A stretch of DNA of 58,443 bases, the filler included, from Diploschistes diacapsis (Eukaryota): assembly GCA_023645945.1 (NCBI GenBank). It is 6 parts of 6 records of this genome, joined end to end, with 100 filler letters (N's around TTAATTAATTAA, not from the genome) between each part and the next. Parts side by side here need not be neighbours in the genome. Positions count along the whole stretch, not along the records: positions 1 to 9,662 come from JALAIB010001006.1; positions 9,763 to 19,423 come from JALAIB010001007.1; 4 more parts are not named here. The stretch is one strand, 5' to 3'. Each line of letters begins with the position of its first letter. Positions within the stretch are counted from its first letter, which is position 1. A model generated the notes under the pieces. That model made no database searches, was not told the origin of the DNA, and saw only the letters and a list, made by a program, of their open reading frames with translations. Shown in pieces: positions 1 through 16,411 of the stretch. The position numbers and the translations under genes are program-made.

Positions 1-1473
1 CGGAAGACGGAGGAGCGGAGCCGCCGCCTTGTTTTCCACTTTCTCGGGTTGGGTGGCGAGGCGGTTCCGGCTTTGCTTCTTCGGCCAATAGAGATGGTGG
101 GGAGCGCGACGTGTTTGGCTATAACATCCGGTATACTGTGCGTTCGTCCGTCGCCGAACATGGGGTGTAATCACTACGACTCTGTTGAGGAAGGGTGAGA
201 GAGCCAAGGTTGGAAAGCGAGCGAGGTTGAAGGGCCTCGGACAGGATTCTGAGTTATCGAGCAAGGTCCATGGTTTTTGTCACAGATGGTAGATCATGGC
301 CCCGCAGTGAGGTAGTGGTTAAGAGTCAGATTTCCGCGGTTGCTCATGGTCTAGTCAAGTATGACGCTGGCAAATTAGGGGACCTATACCAACCCGTTAT
401 GTGCTTCCGGGTTTCGTCAGTCACTCTCGCCCAAGAACATGGTGGATGAGATCATGCGCTGGCATGCTCCCAAATCGAGGCCCTAGCGCTGGCTTGCCTT
501 TCGCGTTTCATCTAACAGATATCCAAGTAGACTATGAGATTTAAAAAATTCACAACCAAGATCTGTTGCGGTGTGGTACTGCACGGAATAGGAAAGGAGA
601 TGGTAGCAGCAGCACGCGCTACCCAACTTGCAGAACAAAGTCGAGCCCATGCCATCCGGTATAGAGGGTTCCAGCGAGTCGACCGCTCCGTTCCTGCCCT
701 GGGATACCGTATCGAACGAGAAGCATAGAGTTATTGTAGAAGACCCCCGCTGTTACTTGGAACAAAGTGTTGTGTTTGGCAGATATGACGCTGGCTGCTG
801 ATTGGGGTGGAATGTGTCTGCGTAGCAGCATAGCGCATGGTGCAGGATAGTTGTGGATAGCAACAGCGGTCCGGAAGGGCCTTCAAAGGTGCGATAGAGA
901 TCCTTTCGTGCCTTCTGTGTCCTGAGAGAAAGCAGATGTGTCCGCGGTACTACTGTATCCTTCTTAGAAACAAGATCTCCCCGACCCCCGAGGACTAAAA
1001 GGGGGGCTTCCCGCAAATTTCCCTTTTTGGGAAGGAGCATGGAAGTCACACAAGTTCGAGTTGAGTTATGACTTTGGTGCATGCGCAGAGTAGATGCCGT
1101 GTTAGCAATGCTTAGGGAAGTGGCAGATGTCGATTGTTATTGTAGTGTAGGCTTACTGATGTTCAGTAGGACCTCTTAATCTTCACGGGGAGACAGAATG
1201 CTCCTGCATGATCCGTTCCCTCAGGGACTGCGATGCGGACAGCGCGACAGATTATCCAGTCATAACCCTTCCGGAACTTTTTAAGTACTTTGAGATTCCT
1301 GGCACTGTCAGCAACAAGCATGCTCAAGTCGCACTCATACCATATTCCATCCTTACTTCAATAGCCCGACCTAGTTTCTTTTGCACTAGGTCGGTAGACA
1401 GGAGAGCCCCCAACCCAAGATGATAGACGCCGTCAGCTAATGAGATAAAAAATCACCTTATAGTACACGAACA

Positions 1474-1923
1474 TTGTCATTCACATCAGCAGACATGTGT
1501 GTAGCAATTGGCCGTTGGTGCAAAGCCCTTCAGCATCCAATAGAAGATGACCGCAGCGAATGGGATCGCTGCGAATGGGGCCAGAACCAACCAGCGATTT
1601 TACTTACAACGTGCGTATTATACATGGAGGGATATCCTGTATGGCGCGATTATTGCCTCGACTGCCTCGGGCTTCGAATGACGAACGACTTTGATTTTGT
1701 ATCACAATCAACGGAGAACAATTGGGAATTCCTCATGAGAAGGGAGATGAACATCGAAAACCTGGATGAAGAGTACAAGGCGTCTATGATGGTACTAAAC
1801 GAATTGGAAATCTATAAGAAGGCTTGGGCTCCAATACGGGCGAGGAGGATGCTCCGGCATGGCAGTGGCCGGAAGAGCATAATGGACATCCGGGGTGTCG
1901 CTGGAGCACTAGAATACCTGTAA
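1474..1923 (+). CDS. hypothetical protein (probably an exon of a larger gene or a relic)
   Basis: 149-codon ORF with protein-like composition; no recognisable motif; true start not resolved. Confidence 0.3.
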   Translation: MSFTSADMCVAIGRWCKALQHPIEDDRSEWDRCEWGQNQPAILLTTCVLYMEGYPVWRDYCLDCLGLRMTNDFDFVSQSTENNWEFLMRREMNIENLDEEYKASMMVLNELEIYKKAWAPIRARRMLRHGSGRKSIMDIRGVAGALEYL

Positions 1924-4054
1924 GGAAACTGAGGAGTTCTGGATAACGGGACACGCAAAATTTGGAGAGCGTCTGAATCAAGGTCGATAGTCGAGACGGT
2001 GCCGTGAGCTCTTGGCTACTTTGTATGTATGCGTAAATACACGATGCTTCTTATTGACCTTTTTCAATGCCTGTTTCGGCCTCTCCAGTATGAAACATCC
2101 CCGCACAAGAGAGTGATAGAGCTTCTAAGTGGATTCTTTTTACCACGGAAGCTTTTTGTGTTATCCTCGATTTCTTAGGTTGGGATCGCTTTGGTGGTAC
2201 CTGGTGAACAGAATAGGGCTCTGATGTAGTATTAGGGCGACTATCTGTACTTTGCCAGGCCGGCTTTCACATAGGCAAAGCTAAGTTTAATCTCCATTGA
2301 TATGTCATCATAACCTTAGTCCAGGTTGCGCTCTCACCTAATTGATTGTCCATACGGGGCTGGCGCATTGGACCTGACCCGACCTTTTCAAAGCTATTCA
2401 GATTAAAGAGAACCGGCCAAACAATTCAGGAATACCACACGAGTTCGGATCCGGCGAAACGTCGTATCGAGGTAGTCCAGTGACCAGAGCTTTCATTGGG
2501 AAAGTGTCTCTAGCTCGCAGGCATAGCTCAACTTTTTACCTTTTCATGAGCATCTGACAACATACTTGGAAGAGCTTCCCGCTTACCTTAATCCCGTGGC
2601 CATAGCCTCGGAGGCTTCGCCCTTAGCTGTCATGCACTCGTCCATATGTGACTTGCAAGGGGCGTTCATGCTGAAGAAACCAGCATCTGGCTTGCAAACC
2701 AGGCATCCGTAACGTTTGGCCATCAGTGTTATGTATCCTGCGGAAATCTCGGCATTCAGCTCCGCGAGTCGCTTGCTCCAACTTTACCAAAGACCCTCTT
2801 TCACCCCATATTGCCAGTATGCCGCCCCTACCGTAAAGGTTCGGGCTCATGATCAGCAGTGCTGTGATAGAATGTATGCGTAGCTAGGCCAGTCTGGCAT
2901 TCGAGAGTTCTGGCGGGATGGAGCTGGCACCCCTAGAAGGAGGTGGACACTTCTTGCACTCCTCTCCGTCTTGAACTATCGCCTTAACGCCAGTCACCAT
3001 GTGCTTACCAATTTGACCATTTGCCCTCAGATTCACTGATCCGGATTATTAGTGGAGCTGTGACAACGGGTGATTGTGGTCAAGCCCAAGCGATGTGGGT
3101 AGTTCTATCCCTGAATTAGAGTACTTATTAAGCTGAGAATACTAACAATACTGTGTATGATGGTAGATACTTGCCTTCACGTGATGCACTGCCTACTCCT
3201 AAAACATTCCACTAAGATGGTCTAGGTTTCCCCTTCTCTAAGGCACAAGTCTGAGGAGGCTAGGCTTCTTGTAAGCTTCTCCTTATCTTTATATTTGCTT
3301 TTCCCCCTTCCTTGTATAAACCGCGTTTGCGGTCTTCATTCAAGTTCCCCAAATAGGAAGATTAACGTCTGCAGAGCGTATAGAGCTACTACGCCACATG
3401 ATTCAATGTTAGGATTCACAGTCAGAGTACATGCAAACACGGACACCTGATTCGTAAAAACATTCCACCCATGTCGGACTACAGGAGTATGTCGAAATAC
3501 AAAAGGAGCGACATGATCAGCAAGATGATCCTGTAGCGGACCAGATTTCTCCGAGAAATACTCGGAAGATCCTATATATAATTATTCAAAAGCAGTTCAG
3601 GCTGCTTGTATAGTTCTGACAATTCATATTGATTCGCATACACTGTACCCGGGTCTTCAATTCTCCAATGGTTGTAGCTCTTCAAAGCTACCACAAGTCA
3701 TACGTGAACACTCGGCAGATATTCGTACAGTATACCGTAAAACCTATTGAATTCAACCTCAATGGGGTTTAATAAAATGTCTTTTCTTAGTTGCGTCGGA
3801 CAACAACTGGGTTTGTCGGAGGAACTGTTGTCCTGTATATTTGAATTTGCCGAATTCAAATCATTCTCAAGACTCAAGCAGATAAATCCAAGAAAACAGG
3901 TGATCTGGTATTGATACACCTGTTCACTTCCGCAGTCAAGGCCAGAATCCATAATATCAGAAAACCTATCCTGTTTCCAATACTCAAGGAGGCAACGCAA
4001 GGAATGGAGTAACCTGACATCAAACATATCTGGCCAACCTTATGGACTAGCAGC

Positions 4055-4586
4055 ATGTGCCGAATTACTCCGACATGGTGCATGGCCAAGCAACATCCTC
4101 CAAAGGCGTCGAACTATGGCGAACGAACAGTCATCATTCGCTGTACCATAGTAGCCAAAGATGAGGTGGAGGGACTCAGAAATTGTCCAAGCTTTAAGTT
4201 GGATAAGCCAAGAATGTTGGAAGCTTGTAAAAGCTGTCGGCAAGAACGAATAGAAGACCCTGCGAATTTCCAGTCGAAGGCAAACGAAGCCCTGCAAAAG
4301 ATTTCATCCTTTGTAACCGAACCACTTGGGCCTTACCCGCAAGTCTCTGACAATCATGCGTTTCTCTCAGACGAATGGTATAGCGAAGCAGTGATGGTCA
4401 TGGAGGAAACCGATCGATATGAGGGCCAATTACTTGAGAGAGAGCAAGAGTATTATTCCAAGGCGTTTGCCTCATGCAGGGCATGGTAGGATGGGCTTTT
4501 TATACGTCCTGTCTGTCAAGCTAACATGGTGCAGGGCCAAGCCAGTGAAAAAGAAAGGCCAGTCGGTGAAAGAGGAAGGTCAATGA
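4055..4586 (+). CDS. small Cys-patterned hypothetical protein, 2 exons
   Basis: ATG 4055 (MCRITPTWC..H..C..C..CKSC); intron 4486-4534 (GTAGGA..GCTAAC..CAG) removes the apparent stop and extends the frame to TGA 4584-4586. Confidence 0.5.
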
Positions 4587-5489
4587 GTGAAAGTTCGATG
4601 AGGAGCGCGGATATCACTTAGATCCTGCGATTGTCTTAGCCTTTGGCTCGGGATGTAGGACGCGCTCGGTGGCCGCATTGCCGAGCCTATAAGCAAGAGA
4701 CTAAGGGACTTTGCTAGAGCATGCGAATAGCGATTGCCTTGAAAAGTGTTCGCAACTTGCCTTAACATCACCACCACATATTCTATCAATGTAGATTCTA
4801 GAATCATATGAATTGTCAACAGTGACAGTTCCAGTGTTGTGGCATCTTGTTCTCTTCGGTGATCAAACAGCTCGTCCCGAGATGCGAGAGTATATGTGTT
4901 CTTGTGGTGAGGCAGAAACTGTCTGTGAAGTCAAGGTTGTTTAGGGCTGGCGAAACCGCCAATCGGAACTGGGTCCGCTACGGTATCGGGTTCCAAACCG
5001 GGACCCATTGATTGAGCAGCAACACACAACGCCTTGGCCAAAAGAATGTTTTGATCTTTATCGAGATGCTCATTACGTGGCGCGATGGGGTGCTAATGCA
5101 TCTCACGAGACTATCTGATCTTCTACAGTATAATATCGGTAAACATGTTCTGCATGCATAGATAAGCACCTCGATTACCGACTCGATAATTGTTTTTCAT
5201 TAGATGGGTATCTTAAAGTATCTATTTAGATATACACCCTTAGCGCCCGTGGCAATCGAAAAAGGTTCGTCGTACCATAACATGCCCTACCACAAACTGC
5301 TAAAAGCCCTGTTTCGAGGGAACAAAGTAAATCATGGCCCGAAAGCAAGGCGACCTGGCGGAAAAAAAAGCTAAGGTACAAGCCTAGTAGTAGGCTTGTT
5401 GCGAATAGACTGTCGAAACATAATCCTAACGCGGTTCACGGTGGAAACCATGCGGGATGGGATGGCAAACTTGGTTAAGCGCGTCCCAC

Positions 5490-5966
5490 CTAAAGCCACT
5501 CGTCTGGCTCACCCCAGTCGGCGCCTTGAATCTCTTCATATTCCGACTTCAGCTGACCGTTTTCGTCAAGCCCAGCGTTCCGGAACAAGGATCCCTTTTC
5601 TGACTTCTTGCGATATGCCCAAAAGTGAGGCCCTTGTGAGCTCTGTTGTGAACTCCTGCTCGATGTACCTGACAAGCTTGGTGTCCATGTCTTGCTTTCG
5701 AAGTTTGACCATTGGCGAGTCCACACAGGCTGTGGGTGGCAGTGGGGTATCGGCGGTGCTGAGGGTTTTGCCGCATAGGCTTTAGGTGGTTGTGTGGGCT
5801 CGTTCGATACAGTCACTGTAGTGCAGATCATTTCGTACGGTGGACGTGGTTTCGTAGAATGAAGTGTTTCCTGGTCAGAGAATGATCCTGATGTCGATTG
5901 AAGGTCCAGGGTTGGTGGGACGGGCTTCTGCCTCTTGAAGAAGCATTTGTTCTGGGAGAATAGCAT
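5490..5966 (-). CDS. hypothetical protein
   Basis: 158-aa ATG-started ORF, Pro/Ser-rich, with acidic C-terminus (EYEEIQGADWGEPDEWL); no family recognised. Confidence 0.35.
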   Translation of the reverse strand: MLFSQNKCFFKRQKPVPPTLDLQSTSGSFSDQETLHSTKPRPPYEMICTTVTVSNEPTQPPKAYAAKPSAPPIPHCHPQPVWTRQWSNFESKTWTPSLSGTSSRSSQQSSQGPHFWAYRKKSEKGSLFRNAGLDENGQLKSEYEEIQGADWGEPDEWL

Positions 5967-7015
5967 GTTGCAAAAATTTTCGGATTGCCTGCAGTTGAGG
6001 ATGATATGGAGGACTCCGTAGGATACCGGTTCCTTGTGGATCGCCTTAAGTCTGATAGCGGAAATTCGAGATCAACAGAACAAATGCAAGTAATGGCAAG
6101 TTTTGGAAAATATATAGACGTCAAAAAATAATAACTCGACAGCGTTGTAGGGTGTCATAAGAGAGAGCGTTGAGAAACATGAAACCAAACACAAAAGGAC
6201 TGTCGAAACGCGAAGACAACATCAAACCCACCTTACAAGTAGTGCTTGTGTTGGGAGGCGCAGCCAAGAGGCATGGTCAGAACCCTACCCCAAGCGAGTG
6301 CACTGTTCCCCTGGCCCACAAAGGGTAGAAGTAGAACAACGATGATAACTTTTCAAAAATCCACAGCAGTCCACAGCGCCCTCTGTAGCTGATTGTAAGT
6401 GTCCTCTATGCGCAGTCCTGATACCTAATCACTGTGGCTTGTGTGAGCGGTGAGAAGTGTTTTTCTACCCAAGCCTTAGACTGCCAGAGAAAGCTTTGCA
6501 AGAGAGTGATTAAAGATAAAAAGATATCACTTTTTTTTGCGTAAAGCTTCAAGTTTGCCCGGTGGCGATGCAAAGATGGTTGAGTAGTCACCTGACCAGC
6601 TGCAATAATCAATCAAAACGAAAAGGACAGATAAAGCACTTTGTAAGCGTTGGAAGACTGATCGAAGGTTTGAAGTTGCCAGCTTGCAGCTTTGCAGCTT
6701 GGGCAGACCACCTGGACCGCTTGCGCCGCCGCAAAGAGGCCACATTTACACAATTGCCACTTTTGGTTTAGCCTGCCTGCTGTTGTTCAGACTTCTTGTA
6801 TAATTTTCTCTCTCAAGACCTGCTCTTTTCGACCGTACATTGTTCAACTATTCCACAACCCCCATCTCTTATCCTACTGAGGGTAGTTGTCCTTCTCTTC
6901 ATATAGGATTTGAAGGCCGAAGAGTTTTTATTTCCTATTACTTGTTACTTACCTCTTGACTTCGCTGAAGACTCCCTTTCCTTAGGTTGCACTCAGTAGA
7001 CAGCATCCGCAAGAG

Positions 7016-9194
7016 ATGGCTGGTCGCTCGAGGACTGGTGCCTCACCACTGGCGTGGTCCACGATACTGTACCTCCTCTTCATCTTCATTCTACCCCTAG
7101 CTTCAAACTCTGTCCACGCCCAAGATGAACAAAAAACAATGAAGGAAGATCTGGGTGATGGTGAGTTTCCCGCCTCGAAGCACGACTGGCTTGCACTAAC
7201 ACATCGCTCAGTCATCGGTATCGATCTGGGCACAACGTACTCCTGCGTCGGTGTGATGCAGAATGGGAAGGTCGAAATCCTAGTGAATGACCAGGGTAAC
7301 CGAATAACGCCGTCATATGTCGCTTTCAACGACGAGGAGCGGCTAGTCGGTGACGCCGCGAAGAACCAATACTCATCAAATCCTACGCGCACAGTGTTTG
7401 ACATCAAGCGACTGATCGGCCGCAAGTGGAGCGACAAGGACGTTCAGGCTGATGTGAAGCACTTCCCGTACAGGGTAAAGGGTCAGGATGGAAAACCAGT
7501 GGTCACTGTCGAGGTGAAGGGCACCGACAAGACCTTCAGCCCAGAAGAAATTTCAGCCATGATTCTTGGCAAGATGAAGGGTAATAACGTTCCAATCTCC
7601 TAGAAACTGCGGCAACTAACGGCATTTCGCAGAGGTCGCCGAAAGCTACCTTGGCAAGACCGTCAAGAACGCCGTTGTTACCGTCCCAGCCTATTTTAAC
7701 GACAACCAAAGACAAGCGACCAAGGACGCTGGTATCATTGCCGGTCTTAATGTCCTCCGTGTTGTCAACGAGCCCACCGCCGCAGCTATCGCTTACGGTC
7801 TTGACAAGAAGGGATCAGAAAGCCAGATCATTGTCTACGATCTGGGTGGAGGAACCTTTGATGTGTCACTTCTCCAGATTGAAGATGGTGTTTTCGAGGT
7901 TCTAGCTACCGCGGGTGATACTCACTTGGGTGGTGAGGATTTCGACCAGCGTGTTATTTCCTACCTTGCCAAGCAGTACAACAAGAAGAACGATGTTAAG
8001 ATCGAGGAAGACCTCAAAACCATGGGCAAGCTCAAGCGCGAGGTTGAGAAGGCCAAGCGTACTTTGTCCTCCCAGATGTCTACACGTATTGAAATCGAAG
8101 CCTTCCACAAAGGCAAGGATTTCTCCGAGACTCTTACCCGCGCCAAGTTCGAAGAGTTGAACATGGATCTGTTCAAGAAAACCCTCAAGCCTGTCGAGCA
8201 GGTCCTCAAGGACGGGAAGGTCAAGAAGAACGAAATCAACGATATCGTCCTCGTCGGTGGCTCCACCCGTATCCCCAAGGTCCAGAGCCTTTTGGAAGAG
8301 TTCTTTGGTGGCAAGAAAGCCAGCAAGGGTATTAATCCTGATGAGGCTGTCGCTTATGGCGCCGCTGTTCAAGGTGGTGTTCTCTCTGGAGCTGATGGCG
8401 CTGGACAAGTCGTTCTCATGGACGTCAACCCGCTCACTCTCGGTATTGAAACTACTGGGGGTGTCATGACCAAGCTCATCCCCCGTAACACTGTCATCCC
8501 GACTCGGAAGTCCCAGATCTTCTCCACTGCGGCTGACAACCAGCCTGTCGTCCTTATCCAGGTCTTCGAGGGTGAACGATCAATGACCAAAGACAACAAC
8601 CTTCTCGGAAAGTTTGAGCTTACCGGGATTCCTCCAGCCCCACGTGGTGTTCCACAGATCGAAGTCTCTTTCGAGCTTGACGCCAACGGCATCTTGAAGG
8701 TCTCCGCTGGTGACAAGGGCACCGGCAAGTCTGAGTCCATCACCATCACCAACGACAAGGGCCGTCTGTCTCAGGAAGAGATTGAGCGTATGGTTGCCGA
8801 GGCCGAGAAGTTCGCCGAGGAGGACAAGGCTACCGCAGCCAGGATCACCGCCCGCAACGGTCTCGAGAACTATGTCTTCAGCCTAAAGAACCAGGTGAAC
8901 GACAAGGAGGGTCTCGGTGGCAAGATCGACGAGGAAGACAAGGAAACTGTAAGCCCTACCCCCAATCTCGACTCTTCATAGACACCAAGCTAACAAAGTC
9001 TCCAGCTTCTCGAAGCTATCAAGGAAGCCGGCGACTGGATGGACGAGAACGGCGCATCGGCCACGACCGAGGACTTTGACGAGCAAAAGGAGAAGCTGAG
9101 CAACGTCGCGTACCCGATCACCAGCAAGCTGTACGCCGGCGGAGCTCCGGGCGAAGACGGTGGGGAGCCAAAGGCGGCGCACGATGAACTGTAG
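7016..9194 (+). CDS. KAR2: ER Hsp70 chaperone BiP/Kar2
   Basis: Signal peptide; Hsp70 motifs [33 protein letters not shown]-terminal HDEL-stop. Exons 7016-7160, 7212-7580, 7633-8948, 9006-9194 with canonical GT..CTAAC..CAG introns. Confidence 0.98.
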
Positions 9195-9662
9195 ATGAGA
9201 AGGTTTTCGGAACGAAACCTTCCAAGCATGTGGAGTTTTTAGAAATGTACATTTAACGTGCTTGGGTCATGGTCGCGATATGTATTTCTCAGGCAGTACG
9301 AAGGTAGTGAGGACGGGAACTTAGTAAACTGTTGAACTTCATTAATACGTTGTGTCTTGGTACTTGGCTGTGTGATGGAAGTTGGTATTCTATCGTGAGA
9401 TTGTCCCTGCTCCCTGGCGGCATTTGTTCACCTTCACCGCCTCTTCTTCCTCATTCTTCGTCTGCTCACGATCGAGACGGTCATAGACATCTCCCCAACT
9501 CGTTCCGATAGTCCTACCCCACCAGCCGTCTAACCTTCACAAACAACAGTCTTTTACCTACTGCCCAGACCTGTCCCTACCTTAATCTCTACCTTACCTT
9601 ATCCGTTTCCCCCAGCCCATCCCGCTCTTCCCTATTCCCCATTCCCCATTCCCCTTCTCCTT

Positions 9663-9762
9663 NNNNNNNNNNNNNNNNNNNNNNNNNNNNNNNNNNNNNN
9701 NNNNNNTTAATTAATTAANNNNNNNNNNNNNNNNNNNNNNNNNNNNNNNNNNNNNNNNNNNN
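9663..9762. other. artificial contig linker (N44-TTAATTAATTAA-N44)
   Basis: Exactly 100 bp, stops in all six frames, identical at five positions. Confidence 0.99.
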
Positions 9763-12299
<2,537 letters not shown>

Positions 12300-12748
12300 C
12301 TCGGTGATGGATGTCGGGCAAGTAGACGCTACCTGTAGAGTTGTAGCACAGACTTATTAGCCACTGGTCTTAGAAAGCAAAGCTGGTTCGAAATCCAGCT
12401 TGACGTAGAGATTGAATGTTTTCTCCTTGAGCTGTTACTCACGGAAGGTTTGTCATTCAGGCATCAAGAACTTATGTTGAAGATACAAGATTTACCGGGG
12501 ACGATAAACAATGAGTGCTCCTTGATTCGAGTAAGGGTAAGGACTGTTAGCGTCAAGCTTGGAAGCGCCTCAGGCATTCAGCCCTACGATGTTTGATGCG
12601 GCAAATTCATGTGTCCGCCCACTCCGCGGGATGTTCCAAAGTAGTCACTCTGTTCTTAAACGAGCGCTGAATCTTAGCCCTCGCTCGAGACTGCATCAAA
12701 CGCTACCTATACTTATTATTCTCGCATCAAAGTCAATACACTCTCATC

Positions 12749-13061
<313 letters not shown>

Positions 13062-13486
13062 ATTTCCCTATTTGAGGGCCATCAAGATGCATTCGGAGGA
13101 GTGAGGAGTTTGTGCAAGCACATCAGGTTTTCAAGGCATAGGCAGTCGCAAGCAACCTTGGAATTCGAGGATTATGAAACGTACCATCTTTTGGAGTAAA
13201 CTGCCATCAAAGCGCTCTGTGATACAAGCTGCAGATATTACGCCAAACCAATATGAAACCTACCAGCCTATGTGTATCCGGGTATCCGTGCAACTTCCAA
13301 TCAGCAAGCTATATAAAAGCCCATCCATGCCAAACACCGTACTAAGTGCCAAATGCAATCGCTAAACTAATGCGCCAGAATAACAAATGTCTCCCACAAC
13401 CACGTCGGTTGTCTGGAACCATGCAAGGAACCTGGCGAGACCTTGTGGGACTCTTGACCACCTCGTGGTTTTAAGGTATAGAACCT

Positions 13487-15474
13487 TCATCCTGTAACTC
13501 TTCTGACCCAAAGTCCTGTTGGTTCGTAAAGTTCTGAATCGTCCCTCTTCTTCATTGCTCGGTGTAATTTGAGACCCGTTTCATGAATCTCCTTTGCTAC
13601 AGCAGCACTCTCAAGGTTTAGGCCCTCCACTGTCTTTTTGATCTCTTGTCTGCTGGCTTGGTCATACGTGGTCGAGCTTGGTTGGACGACATTTGTGAGT
13701 TCATGGATAACCGTCTGAAGGTTCTGCTTCCTCTTCTTTAAGCTGTTTAACTTGGCTTCTAGTAACACGACGCGATCAACGGCCGTCTCCTCTGCAGGCT
13801 GCTGGGGGAGCGCCTTCGAGTCTCGGTCGGCTTCGCTGAGCTGTGATGGTGTTGGCTTCCTACTTGGTGGCTTTGACCGGGCAAAACCTCCAGCTGGAGC
13901 GATGGGGCGCCTACGATTGAGTATCGACTCTGCTACTGGAGAAGGTAAAGCCGGTTCATCAAAACTCTGTTTTGGAGTATCGGGAATATCCTGTATCGTG
14001 GTATTGAACGTTGTGGCGCTGAATCGACTCGCGGGTTCATTATAGAGGTTCAGATTATGTACCGCCAAGTGTAGTTGCTCTTCAGAGAAAGCTTGCATTG
14101 GCGGCAAAGAGGTCGTGCGCGGTGATTTTTCTGGCGGCAGCGGCTTCTTTGCAATTGGTTCAGTGGAGACCTTGCGCGCGACAGGCGGTGTTTCTTCGAC
14201 TGCAGGTATAATACTAAGGCTTGGTAAAGGGTCACCCTTGGCCGTGTTGTGATCCAATACTCCAATGCTGTCGGTTCGGGGAGGCATGCTCAAGGGCGAC
14301 TGGGTGTACTCTTGCCTTGGTGTCTCCACGTCAGACCCTTCATAAGCACTGCTGTCGAACTCTTCAGCCACTTCTCCTAGCCTCTGCGGCGAATAGTTCT
14401 GTGGTAAATTGTTCTTGCTGGGTTGTTGTGGGGAAGACTTTTCCGTCTCTTGGGCGGGCGATAATTTCCCCTCAGACTGTTTCAAACCCATGGCTTGCTT
14501 TATCCCTTGCTTTTGCCTTCGCTGGCTTGGAGTCGGAAACGATTTCTTAGTACCGGTGGGATCGGGCTTTGTCTGGACAGGTGGAATTATCGGTGCTCGG
14601 CCACTCGCACCCTTCCACTCCTCTTTTGGCGGCGGCGATGGCGAAGACGCTTCCTTTCGCGGGACTTTCTTCAAGGTGGTGCCAAACATGGACTTTGTGC
14701 CTGGCGGCTGACTGGTGATAGTCGTTGAATTCCCGTAACCAGGCTTGTCAAAGTGAGTCGAGCCAGGGATGGCTGATTGCGTTTTTCCTTTCTCGCTACC
14801 TGTCGGTTCCCCTGAGTAGTCATCCCACTTCATTTTCCCCGAAGCTTGCGCAGCGGCAATCTTTTCCCTCCAGCCCGAAATGAAAGCCGCCGTTCCGCCA
14901 GACTTTTGCTTCAAGGGAAGAGGAATGTTGCTCACGTAAGGTCTGGACGAGTTGGAGAGCCGATGCCCGCTTCCAGCATCTGTAATTGGAGAGACGTTTG
15001 GACTTGACGAACGTGCGCCATCTCCGGGCCTGGGAGAGTCAGGAGGTGAGACGTCATCGGGGTAGATTGAAGATGATCTGGGAATTTCGAGTTTGGGTTG
15101 TTGGTGGGTATGCATCTTCTGAGAGGGTTGAGAGTATATGGATGAAACGGGTCGAGCAGTGGAATGGCGAGATTTTTGGTCGCTCATGTATCTGCAAAAT
15201 CGAAGGTTAGAGACATTTATCCATGCTCGTGGATCATTGTGCACCGGCTCTTCAGGGTTTCATCATACGTTATGGCATGCCTACCGCTACCCTCCAAGTT
15301 TTTCGAGTGACCAGCAACTTGACCCAAGCTGGCATCGGTGTGGCCTCCTACGGGGTACAAGTCTCGCAGCTTTAAGTTTGCTGCACTGTCTTCGTCCAGC
15401 GTTGTCTCGAGTAAGGTAGGATTACCGATACGGATAGTCGTGGGAGATGACGGCCTGTTGAGCCGTTTCCACAT
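13487..15474 (-). CDS. Pro/Ser-rich hypothetical protein with C-terminal coiled coil
   Basis: 585-codon ORF; intron 15192-15268 (GTATGA..CTAAC..CAG, phase 2) joins the upstream ORF starting MWKRLNR at 15474 in frame; heptad-like C-terminus ending PTGLWVRRVTG. Confidence 0.8.
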
Positions 15475-16411
15475 GCTTCAGGAAGTCTTTGTTTAACAAC
15501 AGGGACAACCCCCTTACGAGGCCGACTAATTATTGACATGCGTTGTTGATAGGCAAGGTTCTCACAGCAATGCACACGCATTCACCGCTGCTTACTCTCC
15601 TGCACCTTGTGGTGGCTGAGCCTGGCGACTTTAAAATAAGCTTGCAACAGCTGTTGTGCAGGAGAGTTGGAAATGCGTATTACGTGCAGCTCGTGAAATT
15701 ATTTTCAGGATCAACAAAGGCGGACTATTCAATCTACTTATCTACTCATTGCTACTGTTACCAACACATAGTTTGCAATGCGCAGATCTAAGGGCTTCAT
15801 ATTTCCCCTGAAACCTAATATAATAAAGATACAAGAGGCTCTCGAGATACCCTTTACCGTTTCAGAAAGGGGCATACCCGCGGGCAGCCAAGGGTTTGTT
15901 CCTGCCTTTATATAAGACCCAATCAAAGCCTTCTTGGCGGAGCAGGTTCGTAGCATTGTACTGCAAACAAGCATTGTGTTACGAGGTCAAATCAAATAAG
16001 AATAAGTGGGCGGCCTTCCTGCAGCTTATAACATACTCTCAGCTCCAACCTACTTTCACCAAAGGTAGTAATATCACAGTCTGCGAATAGCATTTCATGG
16101 AGTATTCGTTATCTGTATCCATACAGCTCACGCCATGCCACACGTAAGAGCACACATCCGATCTAATAGTCTACCACACCTTACTACTTCAACCCATGTG
16201 ATTCGCGAGATTCCGTAGTACTACTATTCTTCGAGCACCCGCATTCTGCGACTCGCCTCAATCGTACCCGATATCGTAAAATGGGTATCATTGAGACCAA
16301 AGCCATTCAACATAGGCCATCATATACCCATAACCCGTGTAAATAGGTTGTGGTCAACGAGGTAACAGTGCCAAAAACACACAAACAAACAGAGTAACCA
16401 AGAGCAAAAGC

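Noticed and set aside
6200..7015. UPR element in the KAR2 promoter
   Set aside because: Expected from biology, but I found no unambiguous match, so it is not annotated
7902..8758. Long antisense ORFs over KAR2 (also over PRP4, the MFS gene and 49502-50773)
   Set aside because: Shadow ORFs expected from codon bias of the sense gene; well known for Hsp70 genes
9707..9718. TTAATTAATTAA palindrome recurring every ~9.76 kb as a biological periodic signal
   Set aside because: Always centred in exactly 44+44 Ns; a six-frame-stop spacer added in processing
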